Shown: positions 62,351 through 64,000 of the stretch, one piece after another
Layout of the letters: each line of letters starts with the position of its first letter
Numbering within the stretch: position 1 is the first letter of the stretch
DNA from: Carpediemonas membranifera BICM
Taxonomy: Eukaryota; Protista; Fornicata
Direction: 5' to 3'
DNA length: 64,000 nt
NCBI GenBank assembly: GCA_019828565.1
Contig: JAHDYR010000005.1
Location: 521,200 to 585,199 of the forward strand
Position numbers and translations under genes: made by a program
Notes under the pieces: model-generated
Databases searched by the model: none
Seen by the model: only the letters and a program-made list of their open reading frames with translations
What the model was told of the DNA's origin: nothing

Positions 62351-64000
62351 ATGGATGGTTTAATAACACTAACAGCACAGCAGATTGATCTGAAGACGCG
62401 TTCATCGCCTATCCGGGCCGCTGAACTCAAAACTCTTCCTGTGATCCCACCAACGCTGAAGAAGCGCCGAAAGCCGAAGAAACCGAAACAATCTAAGCCA
62501 AAAGAGCCCGAGGACTTCAAGCTTCCCTCCGGTCTGAGCGGTGATGGTGTTATGTACCGCTCGACTTCGCTGCCACGAATTCGCCGCGCCAAGGTCACCT
62601 GTAAGCCGCCAGTGCCGAAGCAGCGGGTGAAGAGAGCTATCAGCAACCCTATGCGAACCCCCACCCCGCGCCGGTCCCGGAAAACGCTCCCCACGCTGGA
62701 CCACGATTTGCCCCTCGTCGAGGACGTCCCCGTGCCGCGCACAACGCCCGACAGACCCCCTCGCCGACTACTCAAGCCACTACGCCGGCCAGCCTGGAAG
62801 TCCACCGACACGCTAGCCGAGGGGGGTGCATGTGTGGGTCATTGGGAGGCCGTCCGCTGGTACGAGCGTGACCCCGCGGACACCGGGTCGGCGTCGGCAC
62901 CAGCAACTAGGGTGCAGCTGTTCGACTTCGTGGCGTCCCGCTCGACGGCAGACCCCGCCCGAGTCCTGAAACAGCGTGCCAAGTTCCTAGAGGCCAGCGG
63001 TCTCGAACCCGGGACGAAGCTCTTCACGCTCATGGGGCCGTATGAGGATCTCAGGGCGGCATTGAGGCGGCGAGGCTGGGTCGAGTGCCCTGAGGCCCGG
63101 GAGACACTAGCGTCCGACCTCATTGTTGCCGTGAAGTCGGGGCTGATTGCCCCGGACTCCCTCCCCCCGACCGTGATGCACAACCACTACGCCGGATCGA
63201 CCGGGCTGACCACGAAAGCAGGCCTGTGCCGCAACATCCGGGACCTCCCGTGGTATGAGCCCGCGGACCATCGGGCCTTCTTCCCCCTGTCGTTCGACCT
63301 TGGGGCCAGCGGGGACGTCGCCATGTTCAAGCGGGCGCAGGCGGTGTTCGGTGCGCTGTCCATCCTGGAGGCGGCCCTAGTGAAGGCTGTCGCCCCCGCT
63401 GCCGTCGCCGCAGCTAAGGCCGTCCTCCACCAGATGTCGTGGGAGCGCCACAACAGGTCGCCGTCAGGGGGCAAGGAGGTTCCCATGGCGATCCCGGCTG
63501 ACTGGGCCGAAGTCGCAGGGTTCGTCAGTAGGAAGCTACCCGCCGCCCCCTCAACCCTGTCCGCTGATGAGGCCGGGGACGTCCGCTCACTGCTGGTCGG
63601 GTACCGCGCCATTGACCCTGCGGCTGTGCTCACAGTCGGGCAGAACGCGTGGGTCTGCAAGCCGGCCGGGAAGAGCAGGGGGCGGGGCATACTGTGCCTG
63701 GACACGCTGGCGGGCATCCTGGCCCTGGCGGGCTCGGAGACAGAGCACTACGTCGTCCAAAAGTACATTGAGCGACCTTTGTTGATTCATAACCGCAAGT
63801 TCGACTGTCGCGTGTGGTGTCTGGTGACTTCTGTCTCGCCCTTCACGGTCTGGGTGTACGACGACTACTACCTCCGCTTCTGCTGCGAGGACTTCTCCAT
63901 GGATGACCTGGCCAACACATACGTCCACCTCGCCAACAACAGCGTCCAGAAGAACAGCACAAACTTCGACAACATCGTGCCCCCGGACGCCGACCACCTC
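62351..64000 (+). CDS. Tubulin monoglycylase TTLL3/TTLL8 family, runs off the window end (absent from the ORF track because there is no stop)
   Basis: Frame from ATG 62351: FTLMGPYEDLRAALRRRGWVE, NHYAGSTGLTTKAGLCRNIRDLPWY, WVCKPAGKSRGRGI, VVQKYIERPLLI..RKFD.R.W, YLRFC, VHLANNSVQK. Confidence 0.9.
   Translation, partial: MDGLITLTAQQIDLKTRSSPIRAAELKTLPVIPPTLKKRRKPKKPKQSKPKEPEDFKLPSGLSGDGVMYRSTSLPRIRRAKVTCKPPVPKQRVKRAISNPMRTPTPRRSRKTLPTLDHDLPLVEDVPVPRTTPDRPPRRLLKPLRRPAWKSTDTLAEGGACVGHWEAVRWYERDPADTGSASAPATRVQLFDFVASRSTADPARVLKQRAKFLEASGLEPGTKLFTLMGPYEDLRAALRRRGWVECPEARETLASDLIVAVKSGLIAPDSLPPTVMHNHYAGSTGLTTKAGLCRNIRDLPWYEPADHRAFFPLSFDLGASGDVAMFKRAQAVFGALSILEAALVKAVAPAAVAAAKAVLHQMSWERHNRSPSGGKEVPMAIPADWAEVAGFVSRKLPAAPSTLSADEAGDVRSLLVGYRAIDPAAVLTVGQNAWVCKPAGKSRGRGILCLDTLAGILALAGSETEHYVVQKYIERPLLIHNRKFDCRVWCLVTSVSPFTVWVYDDYYLRFCCEDFSMDDLANTYVHLANNSVQKNSTNFDNIVPPDADHL

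Overview
This is eukaryotic DNA from a gene-dense, GC-rich protist genome with short intergenic spacers, the standard genetic code and very small GT-AG introns (28 and 31 nt seen directly). The gene style resembles a free-living metamonad such as Carpediemonas, but that is inference. Bases ~1-14.7 kb are a nested retroelement cluster. It contains the 3' end of one tyrosine-recombinase (DIRS-like) retrotransposon, a second DIRS-like element (gag, RT, RNase H, methyltransferase-like domain, YR), and a ~9.4 kb non-LTR retrotransposon that appears to sit inside the gag of the second element. The non-LTR element is the most unusual object in the window. It has a ~1.8 kb hairpin-packed non-coding leader and a polyprotein combining an OTU-like cysteine protease, a Maelstrom/arenavirus-NP-type DEDDh exonuclease with an E-C-H-C zinc site, an APE endonuclease, RT and a C-terminal Cys/His knuckle. 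Bases 15.6-64 kb are housekeeping genes: midasin, a membrane protein, an RCC1-like gene, coiled-coil proteins, cyclin B, two cullins, beta-adaptin, a GARP/Myb factor, an FG nucleoporin, a WAPL-like ARM protein, Nop56, topoisomerase II, an AN1 zinc finger, UPRT, a CaMKK-like kinase, an ankyrin protein and a TTLL3/8 glycylase. A ~1.6 kb non-autonomous element encoding an internally deleted Fanzor1-like (TnpB-family) nuclease sits 23 bp upstream of the nucleoporin start codon, bounded by ACTTTAGGG direct repeats and a 19-nt subterminal direct repeat. All family calls come from motif recognition by eye; no searches were run.
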